This document shows, in pieces, positions 24,104 to 36,071 of a stretch of 64,000 bases of DNA. The notes below the pieces were generated by a model. It saw nothing but the letters and a program-made list of their open reading frames with translations. It was not told the DNA's origin and ran no database searches. Position numbers and translations under genes: made by a program. Position 1 is the stretch's first letter. Each line of letters begins with the position of its first letter. Origin of the DNA: Histomonas meleagridis 2922-C6/04-290x (Eukaryota > Protista > Parabasalia); assembly GCA_020184695.1 (NCBI GenBank), contig JAANOX010000055.1:124001-188000 (forward strand), read 5' to 3'.

Positions 24104-27100
24104 ATGCTCAAGAAAATGCGTCTGATCAAGAAAGGAAGTTCAAAATCAAAAAACAAAAATGTAATACCTGAAGATCAGAGTAATTTAATCAAAGTTTTTT
24201 CTCAACATTTAGAAATATATGAATCTTTAGAAATTCTTTCTGAGAAAAAACAACTTTTAGAAAAACTAACATTTCATTTCGAAGTAACATTTATCGGCTT
24301 ACCGAACGATCAATTAAAATCTCCAACAATATCTCAAATACTTCAACATTATGTATCAATTTGTTCAAAAGACTTTAATTATTATTTGTCCAATGATCAG
24401 CTTTACCATAAAGTTCTTAGGTGTTTACTTTTTATTAATGATCAATTAGGGAATATTCCAAATTCGGAATCATTTTTTGAGATGTTTTCTTCTATAATTC
24501 AAACCAAAGATCCAGATGAACTTCTTAACAAAACGTCAACCTTTATTTTAGCTCTTTTTCATAACCAAAATTTCTGTCTTGAGTTTTTACAAAATGGCGG
24601 CTATTCAATTATATTAACGAATTTTTTTGCAGTCCCAACAACACAACAACTTCAACGATTTTTTTGCAAAGTATTATTTGATGAATTTATTTTAACTAAT
24701 GTAAAAATCACAGTTACTGATACACAAATTGGTTTTCTTTCACAAGCTGCAGGTTGGACATTAAATGAAGGCTTAAGTATTGAGCCAATAATTACATATA
24801 TTGAAAAGTTTTTATCATTATTTTGTCAAGTTGATGACACATTAATCACTCGGTTTAATTCCGAATTAGGATTTGTAAATTTAAATGATGCACTGTTATT
24901 ATTATCATCATCATTTGTCTATAATTTTTATATTGATTTAATATATAAAAGTAATTTTTCATCGATAGTTGTGTCGTCATTATATTTGTTATATATAAAT
25001 GATAGATGTTCTCAACAAACACGTTCATCATTACTTAACATTGTAAAAAGTATTATTCAAGATGAAAGAGGTATAAACTCAATACAAAGAATGTGTCCAA
25101 TCCAAAAATGGTTTTTACCTCCGCCATCACTTAATGCGAATGATTATGAACAATTATCATCAATATCAAAATATTTATTTGGTAAAAATGTATTTCAATT
25201 AGAAACATTATTTGAAGTAATTTCTCAAATATTAAAACAAGCTAAAGATAATCCAATACCTGTAAATAGTTTATTGGATTTAATTTTACCTTTATCTCCT
25301 TCTTTTTTAATTGAAAAAGATTTTTTCGAACTTTTAAATTTATATACTTCGATTAAAACTTTATCGACTTATTTAACTAATTATCCAACTTTAAGACAAA
25401 TTTATAAAAAAATATTTTCATCTAATGAAAGTGATAATTATCAAATTCCAATGCTTCAAAAGATTATTGACACATTTGAATTCATTACAAATAAAGATGC
25501 ATATGCTAATTTTTTACAAGAATTAATTGATTCGAATTTTACAGAAAAAATAATTTCGTTTTTTTTAAAATCAATTACTAATGAAACGTTTTTTAAAGTA
25601 TTAATTCTTGAGTTATTAAAACGTAAAGCAAATTATTCTTTTTTTGTGGACTTAAATATATTTACATATATTGATGAATATATAGAAAAAGGATTTTTAA
25701 CAGTAAATGATGTTATTCAATTTATAAGTGCTTTATGTTCTTCAGGTCCACATTTTGAAATAGATGAATGGATAAACTCTAAACCAATTGATCATATAAT
25801 TTTTAAAGATAAAGAACTGTGTAAAAAATGTTTTTATGGATTTAATAATGAAACAAATATAATATTTGTTCCATCATTTTTACCATTTATTAATGATTTC
25901 GATGTAACATTACCAATTAATCTTTATTTAACTGGTAAATATGGAATTCCTTCATGTCTAAAGTTTGGAATTCCAATTGAACAAATTCCACATTTTGCTT
26001 TAATCATTCAACGATATGTTGATGAAAATACATTAAATTATATCCTTGAAGAGAAAACTGAAATTTTACGTAATTTTAATTTATATAATCAACAACACTT
26101 TTCTGTTTATGAATTTTTACCGAATATTTTGCCTTCATATTTAATAGTACCATTTATACATACGATTTCATTTTATTTTAATGTACCACATCTTTCGAAT
26201 GTAATATTTCCATTTTTTAAAAATAAATTTATATCTTCTAAGTTTTATAAGAACCAATTAATAATTAAAGATAAAAAAGAACAACGAATTATTACATTTG
26301 AAGAAAATAAATGGAATATAATATGTTTGAAATTTAATACATTACAAAAACAAATTAAAAAAATCGAATTTTATTTTAATGATAAGTTCATTTGTAAATT
26401 TGATCCTTTAGATGATGATTCTGATTCTTTAGATTTCGTTTTCGGGAATAAAAATGAGCCTTTAAAAGGAGGATTTATATTATCATCAATAATATTTGGT
26501 TCAACATCTTCATTTACTGAAAAATTATTTAATTTTAAATCGAAATCTCAAAATCCTTTAATTGTAACATATAATTCATCATTTTTTGTACCAATGTATG
26601 GAATTTTTTTACATTTTACTAATCTAATTCAAGTTGAAAAGATATTTTTACGACTTGAAAAAACAAAATCATTTAAACAATTTGAAGATTTATATAATTT
26701 TTTAATTGAAGTTGATAATGTTAATTCATTAGAATCCGAATTATTTTGGAATCGATTATTTATGATAATTAAAAAACAAAATTTATTAATTGGTAAACAA
26801 TTTATAAATTTTGTATTTCATATTCCACGTAATTTTTATGATGAGAAAAAATTTTCAAAATATTATTCATATATATTATCTGACATTGAATTATTTTTTG
26901 TATATCCAAAAGAAGAAATTATTTCATTAATAACATTAATATCAAATGAAATTAAAGTTAATAATTTCATTGATATTTCTATGATTAATATTGAAGAACT
27001 TTATACATTATTAATTCATACATTTCAAACAGGTATTGATCCAACAATATCAAATAATTTATTACCAATTATATCTAAGTTTATATCAATTAATCCAACA

Positions 27101-30100
27101 AAAAAAAGTTTGCAATTTTTATTAAATTCTTCTTTGTCATTAGTTGAATGGGATAAAATACAAATCTTAGAAACACCACCAACTAATACTGAATTACATT
27201 CTAAATTACTTGATATATTTTTTTCAATCGCAGAACAAAATCCAAATTTAATATTATATACATATGATCAATTAATTGATTTTATATTATTATTTGATGA
27301 TGAACGTTCTTATTATTTCATTGAATTAATCGGATTTTATTCGAGTTTAAATCCAAAATATATAAAAGAATCGAAAGTTGCAAATTTTGCTTTTGCTAGA
27401 CATTCAAATTCATTAGAAGTATGGATTAAAGCATTTGCTATTTTATCAGGTAATACTTCATATTCAGTATTTCCGAATGAAATTACTATAATGAGACCTT
27501 CTTTTTTACCTGTTATTATTGAAATGATTTCTTCATTATTACGTAAAATTATTTTCGAATGTATACGAATTAACGCACCAATTCAACATTTCTTACATCA
27601 AATAATTTCTTTATTAAAGAAATTATCAGTTAAAGATCTCGAATATTTCTTACAACCGAATTGTATTATACCTTTAATAATATTATGTAATCTTGGAATT
27701 ATACCTAAATCTTCAAATGATAATAAATGGGATGAATTTATACCACAACAAATTAATAAAGAAGAACTTAAAAATTATTTATCATTATGTGATAAAGAAG
27801 AACCTTTTTACTCAATATCTATTCAAAATGATATAATATATAATAAAACTTCTAATAAATATTATAAAGAAATTCCTGAATTTCCGAATGATATTCCTGA
27901 ATTTATTGTAAATTCAGTTATAAATATTTCGGAAATTGCATTTTTTGTTGCTTCAATTATAATATTATGTGAACCACTTGAGTTTTTAAATATGTTACAA
28001 AATTGTATTGATATGTTCTTTAGGAATAATAATCATAAAATACATTTTTCACAACAATTAATTTTATCATTAATTATTAAACTTTCTGGAATGGAAAATT
28101 TGAATAATATTTATCATAAGAATTTGGTACAATATATATCAAAACATACTTCATTATTTGCTGATGATTATTTAGGGTTTTTATCTCTTTTCATTATATT
28201 AATGAAGAAACTTCAAGAAAAAAATCTTTTCGAAACATTTTTAAATGAACCAAATATATTAACTTCTTATCAACAAATTATAATTAATTCATTTATATAT
28301 GTTAATGAAAATAATGTTAGTCATTTATTTGAATTATTTTTATCTTCAAAAGAAGTAATATTTACACCAAAAATATTTAATTCAGATGATATTAAAAATG
28401 TTTTTATTAAATTTTTATTAAAATATGAAAATAATATTTCATCAATTGCAATATTAAAGAAAACATTTTTTGAAAATCAAGATTTTATATATAACCAAGA
28501 AAAAATTGATATTTTATGGAAACAAATTTTATTAAGAAATGATATTATAGAATCAGAAGATAAAGAACAAATAAAATTAATATTTGATTATGAGAAAAAT
28601 AAATATTTAACTTCATCAAAAGAATTTTTAGGCATATCAATTTATAGAGTTTTAAATTTATATATTCAAACTAATGTTCAAATATTTAATATCAATTGTA
28701 GAAACTTAAAATATGCGAAAAATATCTTTTTATTAAATAAGCTTTCATTAGCTTATAAACTTCAACAAAAATTTGATATTAAATCACGACATTTATCTCA
28801 TACAACTTTACCATTCCATCAATCACGTTCATTAATATCTTCACCTTTTCCTATAAATGCGCCAGATTTTGGTGTTAAAATGAATCCGAGTTATTTATCA
28901 TTAAAACCTACGATATTTTCACCACGAATAATTCAAATATCACAAAAAGGTCGATTAAATGTTGATCCAGAATGGTATCATTTAAACTTAACAGAAGAAA
29001 TGTATACATCACCATTTGAATATTCATTAATTATCAAACAAGAACCATCACAAATACTTTTATTATTTTCGAAAGTTTTTTCTGAATATGGACAAATCTT
29101 AAACATATATAATTGTTCATTTTTTTATTATTCACATTGTATCTCAAGTGTTTTAATTCTGACTGAAAAAGCATTTCATATAATTACAATAGCTAAATAT
29201 AATGATGGGAATATTATATTACTTGATAAACCTGATTGGCCTATTTCATTTTTACCATTTTCGGAATCAATTACATTAAATGAATGGAGCGATCCATCGA
29301 TATTTTGTGGGCATTTATTAGTTACTATTAAATTTAATAACATAATAAAAATTTCACAACATTTATATTTACATAAGAAATTAGGGATTTCTATTGATTC
29401 AATACCTAATCCTAATGTCATTATCATATTAGAAAAAATTAATGATCAAGAAACAGTTGAAAAATTCCTTAATAAACAATTAAATAACTCGAACAATATC
29501 CAAAAACAACTTTCTCCATATCCATTTTTATTTAATGAAACATTACAAAGTTCAACTGATAAATGGGTTAATAAAACAATAACAAATTATGAATATTTAT
29601 TAGTATTAAATTATTTCGGTGGTCGATCATTCACTGATTTAACACAATATTATATATTTCCTTGGGTAGTTTCTCCTGATTTTGAAACACGTGATTTAAC
29701 TAAACCAATGGGACAATTAGATCCTATTCGAGCAGAACATTATGAAATAACATATGAATTAACGAATTATTATTATGGATTTCATTATTCTATTCCAGGA
29801 ATTATATTTTATTTATTAATTAGATTGCCTCCTTATACATTCTTCCAATTAGAACTAAATGGTGGTTGGGATGATTCGAAACGAATATTTACATCTGTTC
29901 GAAATGCTTATTCTTCTGCTACTGGTAAAAATGAATCCGATTTAAAGGAATTAATCCCTGCAATGTATAGTGTAGCTGAAGCATATGAAAAATTCGATAA
30001 TATTATCGATGACGTAGTTTTGCCTGAATGGTCGAATAATTCTCCGAATTTTTATGTGGATATAATGAGATTAATGTTAAATAAAACTGAGTTATTAAAT

Positions 30101-31342
30101 GAATGGATCGATTTAATATTTGGTTATAAACAATCAGGTGAAAATGCTATAATTTCGAAAAATTTATTCATTCCAACTTCTTATCATACTTCAAGTGCTG
30201 AAAGTTTAGGTATGGATGATAAAACTTTCGAAGCACAAGTTAATAATTTCGGACAATGTCCAATACAATTATTTAATAAACCACATCAAAGAAGGAAAAA
30301 ACTTAAACTTATAAATGTTAATGATATCTTTAATTTAATGACTTCAACACAAACGATTATTAATGATAATAAAAAGAAAATTGCAATTTGTGATCATGGG
30401 ATTTATTTAATGCCTAATTTAAGTGTATCGATTCCACCATTATATAATTATTATATAACAATTGATTGTAATAATCAATTATTATTAATTAATGATAATC
30501 AAAATAATACTATTTATAATGATAGGAATTCACTTTTTATGTTCATTAATGATATTTCTATTTCTACAAATGGAATTTTTATTGCTTTATCATATTCTAT
30601 AGGTATTGTCGAAGTTCATCGAATTATTTATAAGAAAAAACCTGAAAGAAATTCGAAAGTTTCAGTGTTTTATGGTGTAAATGATCCGATTTTTGTTTGT
30701 TTATTTAGTAATGACTTTGTATGTGTAATTGTTTCTAAAGAAGGATATTTAATTGCTTGGAATTATATAACATCAACACGAATTTGGGATGTTAATATTG
30801 GTTATATACCAATTGGTATTTTATGTGATGATGAATCCGGAAATATAATAATATATTCATCAAAGAATTTGACTTTATATTCGATTAATGGTAAAAAATT
30901 AGCGGAAATCAATTTAAGAACTCATGAAATAACAAAAGTAAATATTTTGCCTTATTCAAAAGAATTTAATGGTAGAGTTATAATAGTAAGTAATACATTG
31001 GGCGCTTTATTGTTTTATGTTATGGATGAAAAAGTTTACAAATTAAAGAAAATAAATACAAAGGTTTTACATAAGGAAAAAATAGTCGATGTTTTCGTAG
31101 ACGCATTTAATCTAAAAATTGTTTCTATGGATAAAGAAAATGTTGTAATGGTAACAACATTAAATGACTGTTTGATTCCTTGCTGTTCTTTTTGTGATAA
31201 CGCGGAATCAACAAAATGCGCTAATTGCGGTGTGTCATTGTGTAATCAATGCGTAAGTACTGGAAATAATTTGTGCCCAAATTGTATGAATGCTTTGGAT
31301 AATAAGAATGTTGTTGTTAAAAATAGAAAAAAGATTTTTTAA
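24104..31342 (+). CDS. BEACH-domain protein (PH-BEACH-WD40) with C-terminal Cys cluster
   Basis: 2412 aa; TNYEYLLVLNYFGGRSFTDLTQYYIFPW, WIDLIFGYKQSG, NFGQCPIQLF; WD-like region; terminal CxxC pairs. Confidence 0.92.
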   Translation: MLKKMRLIKKGSSKSKNKNVIPEDQSNLIKVFSQHLEIYESLEILSEKKQLLEKLTFHFEVTFIGLPNDQLKSPTISQILQHYVSICSKDFNYYLSNDQLYHKVLRCLLFINDQLGNIPNSESFFEMFSSIIQTKDPDELLNKTSTFILALFHNQNFCLEFLQNGGYSIILTNFFAVPTTQQLQRFFCKVLFDEFILTNVKITVTDTQIGFLSQAAGWTLNEGLSIEPIITYIEKFLSLFCQVDDTLITRFNSELGFVNLNDALLLLSSSFVYNFYIDLIYKSNFSSIVVSSLYLLYINDRCSQQTRSSLLNIVKSIIQDERGINSIQRMCPIQKWFLPPPSLNANDYEQLSSISKYLFGKNVFQLETLFEVISQILKQAKDNPIPVNSLLDLILPLSPSFLIEKDFFELLNLYTSIKTLSTYLTNYPTLRQIYKKIFSSNESDNYQIPMLQKIIDTFEFITNKDAYANFLQELIDSNFTEKIISFFLKSITNETFFKVLILELLKRKANYSFFVDLNIFTYIDEYIEKGFLTVNDVIQFISALCSSGPHFEIDEWINSKPIDHIIFKDKELCKKCFYGFNNETNIIFVPSFLPFINDFDVTLPINLYLTGKYGIPSCLKFGIPIEQIPHFALIIQRYVDENTLNYILEEKTEILRNFNLYNQQHFSVYEFLPNILPSYLIVPFIHTISFYFNVPHLSNVIFPFFKNKFISSKFYKNQLIIKDKKEQRIITFEENKWNIICLKFNTLQKQIKKIEFYFNDKFICKFDPLDDDSDSLDFVFGNKNEPLKGGFILSSIIFGSTSSFTEKLFNFKSKSQNPLIVTYNSSFFVPMYGIFLHFTNLIQVEKIFLRLEKTKSFKQFEDLYNFLIEVDNVNSLESELFWNRLFMIIKKQNLLIGKQFINFVFHIPRNFYDEKKFSKYYSYILSDIELFFVYPKEEIISLITLISNEIKVNNFIDISMINIEELYTLLIHTFQTGIDPTISNNLLPIISKFISINPTKKSLQFLLNSSLSLVEWDKIQILETPPTNTELHSKLLDIFFSIAEQNPNLILYTYDQLIDFILLFDDERSYYFIELIGFYSSLNPKYIKESKVANFAFARHSNSLEVWIKAFAILSGNTSYSVFPNEITIMRPSFLPVIIEMISSLLRKIIFECIRINAPIQHFLHQIISLLKKLSVKDLEYFLQPNCIIPLIILCNLGIIPKSSNDNKWDEFIPQQINKEELKNYLSLCDKEEPFYSISIQNDIIYNKTSNKYYKEIPEFPNDIPEFIVNSVINISEIAFFVASIIILCEPLEFLNMLQNCIDMFFRNNNHKIHFSQQLILSLIIKLSGMENLNNIYHKNLVQYISKHTSLFADDYLGFLSLFIILMKKLQEKNLFETFLNEPNILTSYQQIIINSFIYVNENNVSHLFELFLSSKEVIFTPKIFNSDDIKNVFIKFLLKYENNISSIAILKKTFFENQDFIYNQEKIDILWKQILLRNDIIESEDKEQIKLIFDYEKNKYLTSSKEFLGISIYRVLNLYIQTNVQIFNINCRNLKYAKNIFLLNKLSLAYKLQQKFDIKSRHLSHTTLPFHQSRSLISSPFPINAPDFGVKMNPSYLSLKPTIFSPRIIQISQKGRLNVDPEWYHLNLTEEMYTSPFEYSLIIKQEPSQILLLFSKVFSEYGQILNIYNCSFFYYSHCISSVLILTEKAFHIITIAKYNDGNIILLDKPDWPISFLPFSESITLNEWSDPSIFCGHLLVTIKFNNIIKISQHLYLHKKLGISIDSIPNPNVIIILEKINDQETVEKFLNKQLNNSNNIQKQLSPYPFLFNETLQSSTDKWVNKTITNYEYLLVLNYFGGRSFTDLTQYYIFPWVVSPDFETRDLTKPMGQLDPIRAEHYEITYELTNYYYGFHYSIPGIIFYLLIRLPPYTFFQLELNGGWDDSKRIFTSVRNAYSSATGKNESDLKELIPAMYSVAEAYEKFDNIIDDVVLPEWSNNSPNFYVDIMRLMLNKTELLNEWIDLIFGYKQSGENAIISKNLFIPTSYHTSSAESLGMDDKTFEAQVNNFGQCPIQLFNKPHQRRKKLKLINVNDIFNLMTSTQTIINDNKKKIAICDHGIYLMPNLSVSIPPLYNYYITIDCNNQLLLINDNQNNTIYNDRNSLFMFINDISISTNGIFIALSYSIGIVEVHRIIYKKKPERNSKVSVFYGVNDPIFVCLFSNDFVCVIVSKEGYLIAWNYITSTRIWDVNIGYIPIGILCDDESGNIIIYSSKNLTLYSINGKKLAEINLRTHEITKVNILPYSKEFNGRVIIVSNTLGALLFYVMDEKVYKLKKINTKVLHKEKIVDVFVDAFNLKIVSMDKENVVMVTTLNDCLIPCCSFCDNAESTKCANCGVSLCNQCVSTGNNLCPNCMNALDNKNVVVKNRKKIF

Positions 31343-31707
31343 ATAAAATATCTATATATGGATATATCGATTTTTATAATTAAATATATAAATATTCATT
31401 TTAATGGAACAAAATATGTAGACAAGGTATATGACTATTTTGATTAAATTGTTTTGTTAATCTTAAAAATTAATGAAATTAAAATATTTTAAAGCATCTA
31501 GAAGAAATGAAGAGAAAAAAAGTAATTTAAAAATATAATTAACAAAATAGTTTATCCAATTTAAAAAACAATGTGTGATTAATGGGAGCAACGTGTCAAA
31601 AATTCGAAATTTAAAAACTTCAAGAAATAAATGAATTTGATGATGAAAATTGTAGGTTTTTGATTTTTTAATAATTAAATTATAAAATAAATAATTGTTT
31701 TCAGTTC

Positions 31708-31779
31708 TCTCCCGTAGTGTAATGGTTAGCACATGGGACTTTGAATCCCGGGACGGAGGTTCGATTCCTCCCGGGAGAA
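31708..31779 (+). tRNA. tRNA-Gln (anticodon TTG)
   Basis: Cloverleaf: acceptor TCTCCCG/CGGGAGA, D arm GTGT-AATGGTTA-GCAC, anticodon arm TGGGA-CTTTGAA-TCCCG, T arm GGAGG-TTCGATT-CCTCC. Confidence 0.95.
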
Positions 31780-31782
31780 CTA

Positions 31783-31788
31783 TTTTTT
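31783..31788 (+). terminator. Pol III terminator (T6)
   Basis: T run 4 nt after the tRNA 3' end. Confidence 0.7.
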
Positions 31789-31964
31789 CATATTTTGCTT
31801 ATGAGTTTTCATGAAGATTGATTCAATATTGATTATCATCAGAAAGTTGTGATGATGATTTGTCAGTTTTTGAGAGTCCTCGGTTGACTTTTGAATGAAA
31901 TAATCGTTTTTGGTATTGAAAGTGGTAGCCGTTTGTTTTTGCCGCGAAATTGTAGAAATTCAAC

Positions 31965-33632
31965 ATGAAAAAAAAATTTGTTCCAGATGTTTCTATTCCT
32001 CAAAAGCAGCAAATTGAACTATACATAAAATCTAATTCATGTCCTGAACTTCTTTATTGTACCAAAATAATTGTAGATTGTATCAATAATTCTAGTCCAG
32101 AAGAATTTAATTATCTTAACAGTGTTCTAATGGAATACATTCAAAAACTACTGCTTAACGAAAACGATCTTGTCAGTGATTCTATGCTTGATATGCTTCC
32201 TGATTTTGTAGATGAAATATTTAAGTATTTCCCCAAAGAAGCAGATATTATTTTATCACTTAAAATTCTGCCATTAGTTCATCTTTCTATTGGTAAAGAA
32301 AGTAAGCATTTTGCTGAGTCATATGCAGTTCTTATTTTTAAAATGTCACATTCTTCTTTTGTTGATTTTGAAGTTCCTTTTCTTCTCCAACTTTCCCATG
32401 ATCCAAATCCATTTTATCGCTCCACTATTGCCACTGTTATAGGCTTTCTTGTTGAATACATAAATCCAACATCATGGTGGAATGCACTTTTAGAGCTATT
32501 TAGTAATCTTTCATCTGATACTCATAATGAGATACGTGCAGATGTCCCTCCACTTGTTGCTTTGTACTGTCAAAAATCAACATCTCCACGAGAGAAATCG
32601 CAACTTTCTGGAAAGTTCTCACTTTTTTGTCGAGATCCAAGTTCACGAGTTCGATGTTCAGCAGCCGAAAACATTGTATCATTAACAGAAGGTCTTGATT
32701 CTGCATCAAAACTTTTTATTGTTCCAATTGTAAATCTTTTAATGAGTGATCCCTCAGATACAGTGCGGAAAACATTATCACAAAACCTTGGCCCACTTCT
32801 TTCTACTATAGGGGACAAAGCTAAACCATCCTTAGTTATTAAATATTGTACAGCGCTTAATTCGCCTGATGTTAATATTTCATATTCTGCAGCATTTTCT
32901 TTTGCAGCTGTAGCATTATCATTAGGTGTTTCACGTTTCCAAGAGTTAAAAGAATCTTTTGAACGTGCGATTAACTCAAGTGAATATCGAATTCGAAGAA
33001 CACTTTCATATAGTTTTTTTAAATTTGCGAATTTTTTTAGCCCATCAGAAGCATTAGAAATTGCAATAGGATTTTTAATGGATATTCCATCAGTTGCAAT
33101 TGGGATAATGTCAAGTCTTGGAGATATGATAGATTATTTTGATAAAAAGGAATCATTGTTCGAATTTATGGAACATCCAGCGTTATATGAAGACTGGAGA
33201 ATGAGATTAGAAATATCAAAGCAATTAAGAAAATGTAAAAAATATTTTCAGAAAGAAAAATTGATTAACGTCGCATTCCAATTATTAAAAGATCCTGTTT
33301 GGAAAGTTAGAAAAGATGCTTCGTTGTCTTATGCTATGTTAATGTCGAAAGATGATTTCCCGAAATTATTGGAATTAGTGAATGATAAAAATTATTTCGA
33401 AAGAGAAATTGCTGCGGATATAATTGCACAAAGTTGTAATGAATATTGGAATGACTTCATGAAATTGTTGGAAAAGTTATGTGATGATATTGTGCCTAAC
33501 GTGAGAACTGCTGCTGCGAGAGCTGTCGCAGAGTTTACAAAAAAAGTTGATAATAATGAGGAATTAAATCAACTCGTAAATAAACTTAAAAGCGATGAAG
33601 ATGAGGACGTTCGAAAGGCAATGTTGAATTGA
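31965..33632 (+). CDS. HEAT-repeat protein, PP2A-A/PP4R1 scaffold-like
   Basis: Repeated D...VR..A motifs (CRDPSSRVRCSAA, SDPSDTVRK, WRMRLEI, DDIVPNVRTAAA, DEDEDVR). Confidence 0.8.
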   Translation: MKKKFVPDVSIPQKQQIELYIKSNSCPELLYCTKIIVDCINNSSPEEFNYLNSVLMEYIQKLLLNENDLVSDSMLDMLPDFVDEIFKYFPKEADIILSLKILPLVHLSIGKESKHFAESYAVLIFKMSHSSFVDFEVPFLLQLSHDPNPFYRSTIATVIGFLVEYINPTSWWNALLELFSNLSSDTHNEIRADVPPLVALYCQKSTSPREKSQLSGKFSLFCRDPSSRVRCSAAENIVSLTEGLDSASKLFIVPIVNLLMSDPSDTVRKTLSQNLGPLLSTIGDKAKPSLVIKYCTALNSPDVNISYSAAFSFAAVALSLGVSRFQELKESFERAINSSEYRIRRTLSYSFFKFANFFSPSEALEIAIGFLMDIPSVAIGIMSSLGDMIDYFDKKESLFEFMEHPALYEDWRMRLEISKQLRKCKKYFQKEKLINVAFQLLKDPVWKVRKDASLSYAMLMSKDDFPKLLELVNDKNYFEREIAADIIAQSCNEYWNDFMKLLEKLCDDIVPNVRTAAARAVAEFTKKVDNNEELNQLVNKLKSDEDEDVRKAMLN

Positions 33633-34117
33633 GCGATTTGTTTTTGTGTTTTTGTTAGTAAAAATAAATATAAAAATCTGTATTTTTGAAAAAATTAATC
33701 AATATGCTCTTCTTGATCACAATTTTGATAGTGAATCATTTTATATTTAAGTTTATTTGAATTGTTTTAAATTCTCTCTTAATAGTGTTAACATGAACTA
33801 CATTTAAACACATTTTTGGAAAAATTGTGATTAACAATTGTGCTACTATTTTCAAAAATATGTCAATTTCATATAACCAATGGTACAAGTAAATACATAT
33901 TTTATCATAATTTTTCTAAAAACTTTAATTCATATAAATATAATCTAGTAAGAAGACATCTTATATGGAATATCATTGACATTAAACTTTCATTTTGTTT
34001 CTCACATAAAAATCTTAAACTTGAAAACATATGATTTAATATTAAATCATTTTATAAAAATTTCGATCAAAACATAATAAAAATATCATTTCGCAAAAAA
34101 TAATTTACAAATATTCA

Positions 34118-35983
34118 TTAAACAAACAATTTTTTACAATATTCCTGGTCCAAACATTTAGAACAAAACGCTTGATCATTCCTAATTATATTTAAAATCC
34201 CCACCGTAAACATTCCCCATTTATCCAGCACCGCTTTATTCCAAGAATTAATAATTTCGTTTTCAGAGAACACGAAATTTTCGATTGCCAAATAAGAAGA
34301 CAAAAGATTTTTTGGCTGAGCAACGAATACAGAATAAGCGAACAAAAGTTTCCAATCGTTTATATTTTGGCCACCCAAAATTTCCTTAAGGATCGAAACG
34401 AATTTTAATATTAATTTTAATCTTTTACCTAATCTCAAGTCATCTAATTTATTTAATAATAAAGAAGTCTCGAAAATATATTTAGTTCTATTTAAAAAAT
34501 TACAATTGTTTTGATATTTCGGCCATTCTATTTCCATCCATTGGTTTAACAACAAAGAAAATTTATTTTGCATTAATTTCATTTTCTTGGAAACATTAAA
34601 ATTAAAAGTATCCAAAGCTATAAACGAAAGTTGAAATGCAGATTTTGGACTAACTTTAACATAACCAAGAATTGTTGCAATCATATCTCTTAGTTTTGTA
34701 TATTTTTGATATGTTGCTTGATAATAAGGAAACATTATATAATAATATAAACTATTAAAGTGATTTTTTATTAATTTATTAAATTTCTTTTGATTATAAA
34801 ATTGTTCATATAAAAGAAGAATATTTTCAATATCTTTTACATGATTTAAATAATATTGAAGTATATATTCTTGATTTGTTTGACAATCGATTATTTGGCA
34901 ATTATCAAACAAATGAAATCCAATAAAATCATTAAATTTCTCATTAAGAAAATTTGGATAAACTTGAAATAAAATCGGAATAAAGTTATTACTAAATTTA
35001 ATATCATCGCCATAATAAGAAAATTGTATTTTACTTGAATTCTTTAATATTTTATATAATATAAATAAATCAGTGTCATTTATTAATAAAGGAATTCCAT
35101 ATGGAAAAGAATTTGATAAAAGAATTGGATTAAATTGTATATATTCATGTGATTTCATAATTATATTTAATATTTCTTCAAGTTGTGGTCGTTTTGAGGG
35201 TTGCTTTAATTCTTTTAAAAACGAATGATATATCTTAATAAGTTTAGTCGAGGTAAATGAAATATCAGATAAAGATTCATTTAATAAAGGGTTTATGAAA
35301 AAAGTGTCAACAAATGTCGAATGAAAATGAATCGAAACAGCGCAATAACTTGATAGAACTAATGAAAAATAATTTGATAAATATGGTAAAGAACTATAAA
35401 TACAATTCTTAGTGATATTAAATATTGAATCAAATGAGGTGCTTGATGTTATTTTTGATGAATTTTTTTGGATTTCATTCCAAAAAAATGAATTAAATCC
35501 ATGCGATGATGCAAAAAAAGATGAAAAAAGAAAATCTGTAAGTTTTGTATGTCCTAATAAACCAAACAAAGTTAAAAGAAAGTCACATGCAAGTTTACAA
35601 AATTGTTCACCTATTAAATATCCAAATATGGATGGAAATGTCGAAAACGAAAAAATAGCAATTTCAGAATCATTGAGATTTTTGAAATATTCTGCTACAG
35701 AATGAGCAAACATGATTGGTTGATTATAAATTTGTTCAAGCGAAGAATTAATTTTTTGTGTGAACATCAAAGGATATTGTAAATCAGCTGATTTTGGATT
35801 GGTGTAAAGCATTTTGTTTGTGTTAAGAAGAGAATCTGTATGTTTGGAAAAATGATTTGAGAATAATTCCATTAAATAAACTGATCGCGCCGATTCAAGA
35901 TTTTTTTGGTATATCTTATTTATCATTTTAAGTGCATTTTGATGAGATTTATTTATATTTTCCTCCCATACCTCTTTTTTCAT
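34118..35983 (-). CDS. Hypothetical helical protein, likely degenerate VPS9-type C-terminus
   Basis: 621 aa intact ORF. Shares FSTFP/FSTLP and overall layout with 43372-45519. Confidence 0.6.
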   Translation of the reverse strand: MKKEVWEENINKSHQNALKMINKIYQKNLESARSVYLMELFSNHFSKHTDSLLNTNKMLYTNPKSADLQYPLMFTQKINSSLEQIYNQPIMFAHSVAEYFKNLNDSEIAIFSFSTFPSIFGYLIGEQFCKLACDFLLTLFGLLGHTKLTDFLFSSFFASSHGFNSFFWNEIQKNSSKITSSTSFDSIFNITKNCIYSSLPYLSNYFSLVLSSYCAVSIHFHSTFVDTFFINPLLNESLSDISFTSTKLIKIYHSFLKELKQPSKRPQLEEILNIIMKSHEYIQFNPILLSNSFPYGIPLLINDTDLFILYKILKNSSKIQFSYYGDDIKFSNNFIPILFQVYPNFLNEKFNDFIGFHLFDNCQIIDCQTNQEYILQYYLNHVKDIENILLLYEQFYNQKKFNKLIKNHFNSLYYYIMFPYYQATYQKYTKLRDMIATILGYVKVSPKSAFQLSFIALDTFNFNVSKKMKLMQNKFSLLLNQWMEIEWPKYQNNCNFLNRTKYIFETSLLLNKLDDLRLGKRLKLILKFVSILKEILGGQNINDWKLLFAYSVFVAQPKNLLSSYLAIENFVFSENEIINSWNKAVLDKWGMFTVGILNIIRNDQAFCSKCLDQEYCKKLFV

Positions 35984-36071
35984 GTTATGAATATAAATAA
36001 AAAAAGAAGTATTCTGTCACTTTTTTGTAAGAAACACGTTTAAATATTTAACGTCTTTTGGCGCTTTAGAT

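Noticed and set aside
31703-31781. Extended tRNA acceptor pairing (AGTTCTC/GAGAACT) as an unusual tRNA
   Set aside because: The standard 72-nt cloverleaf fits; the flanking complementarity is short and includes a possible CT slippage.
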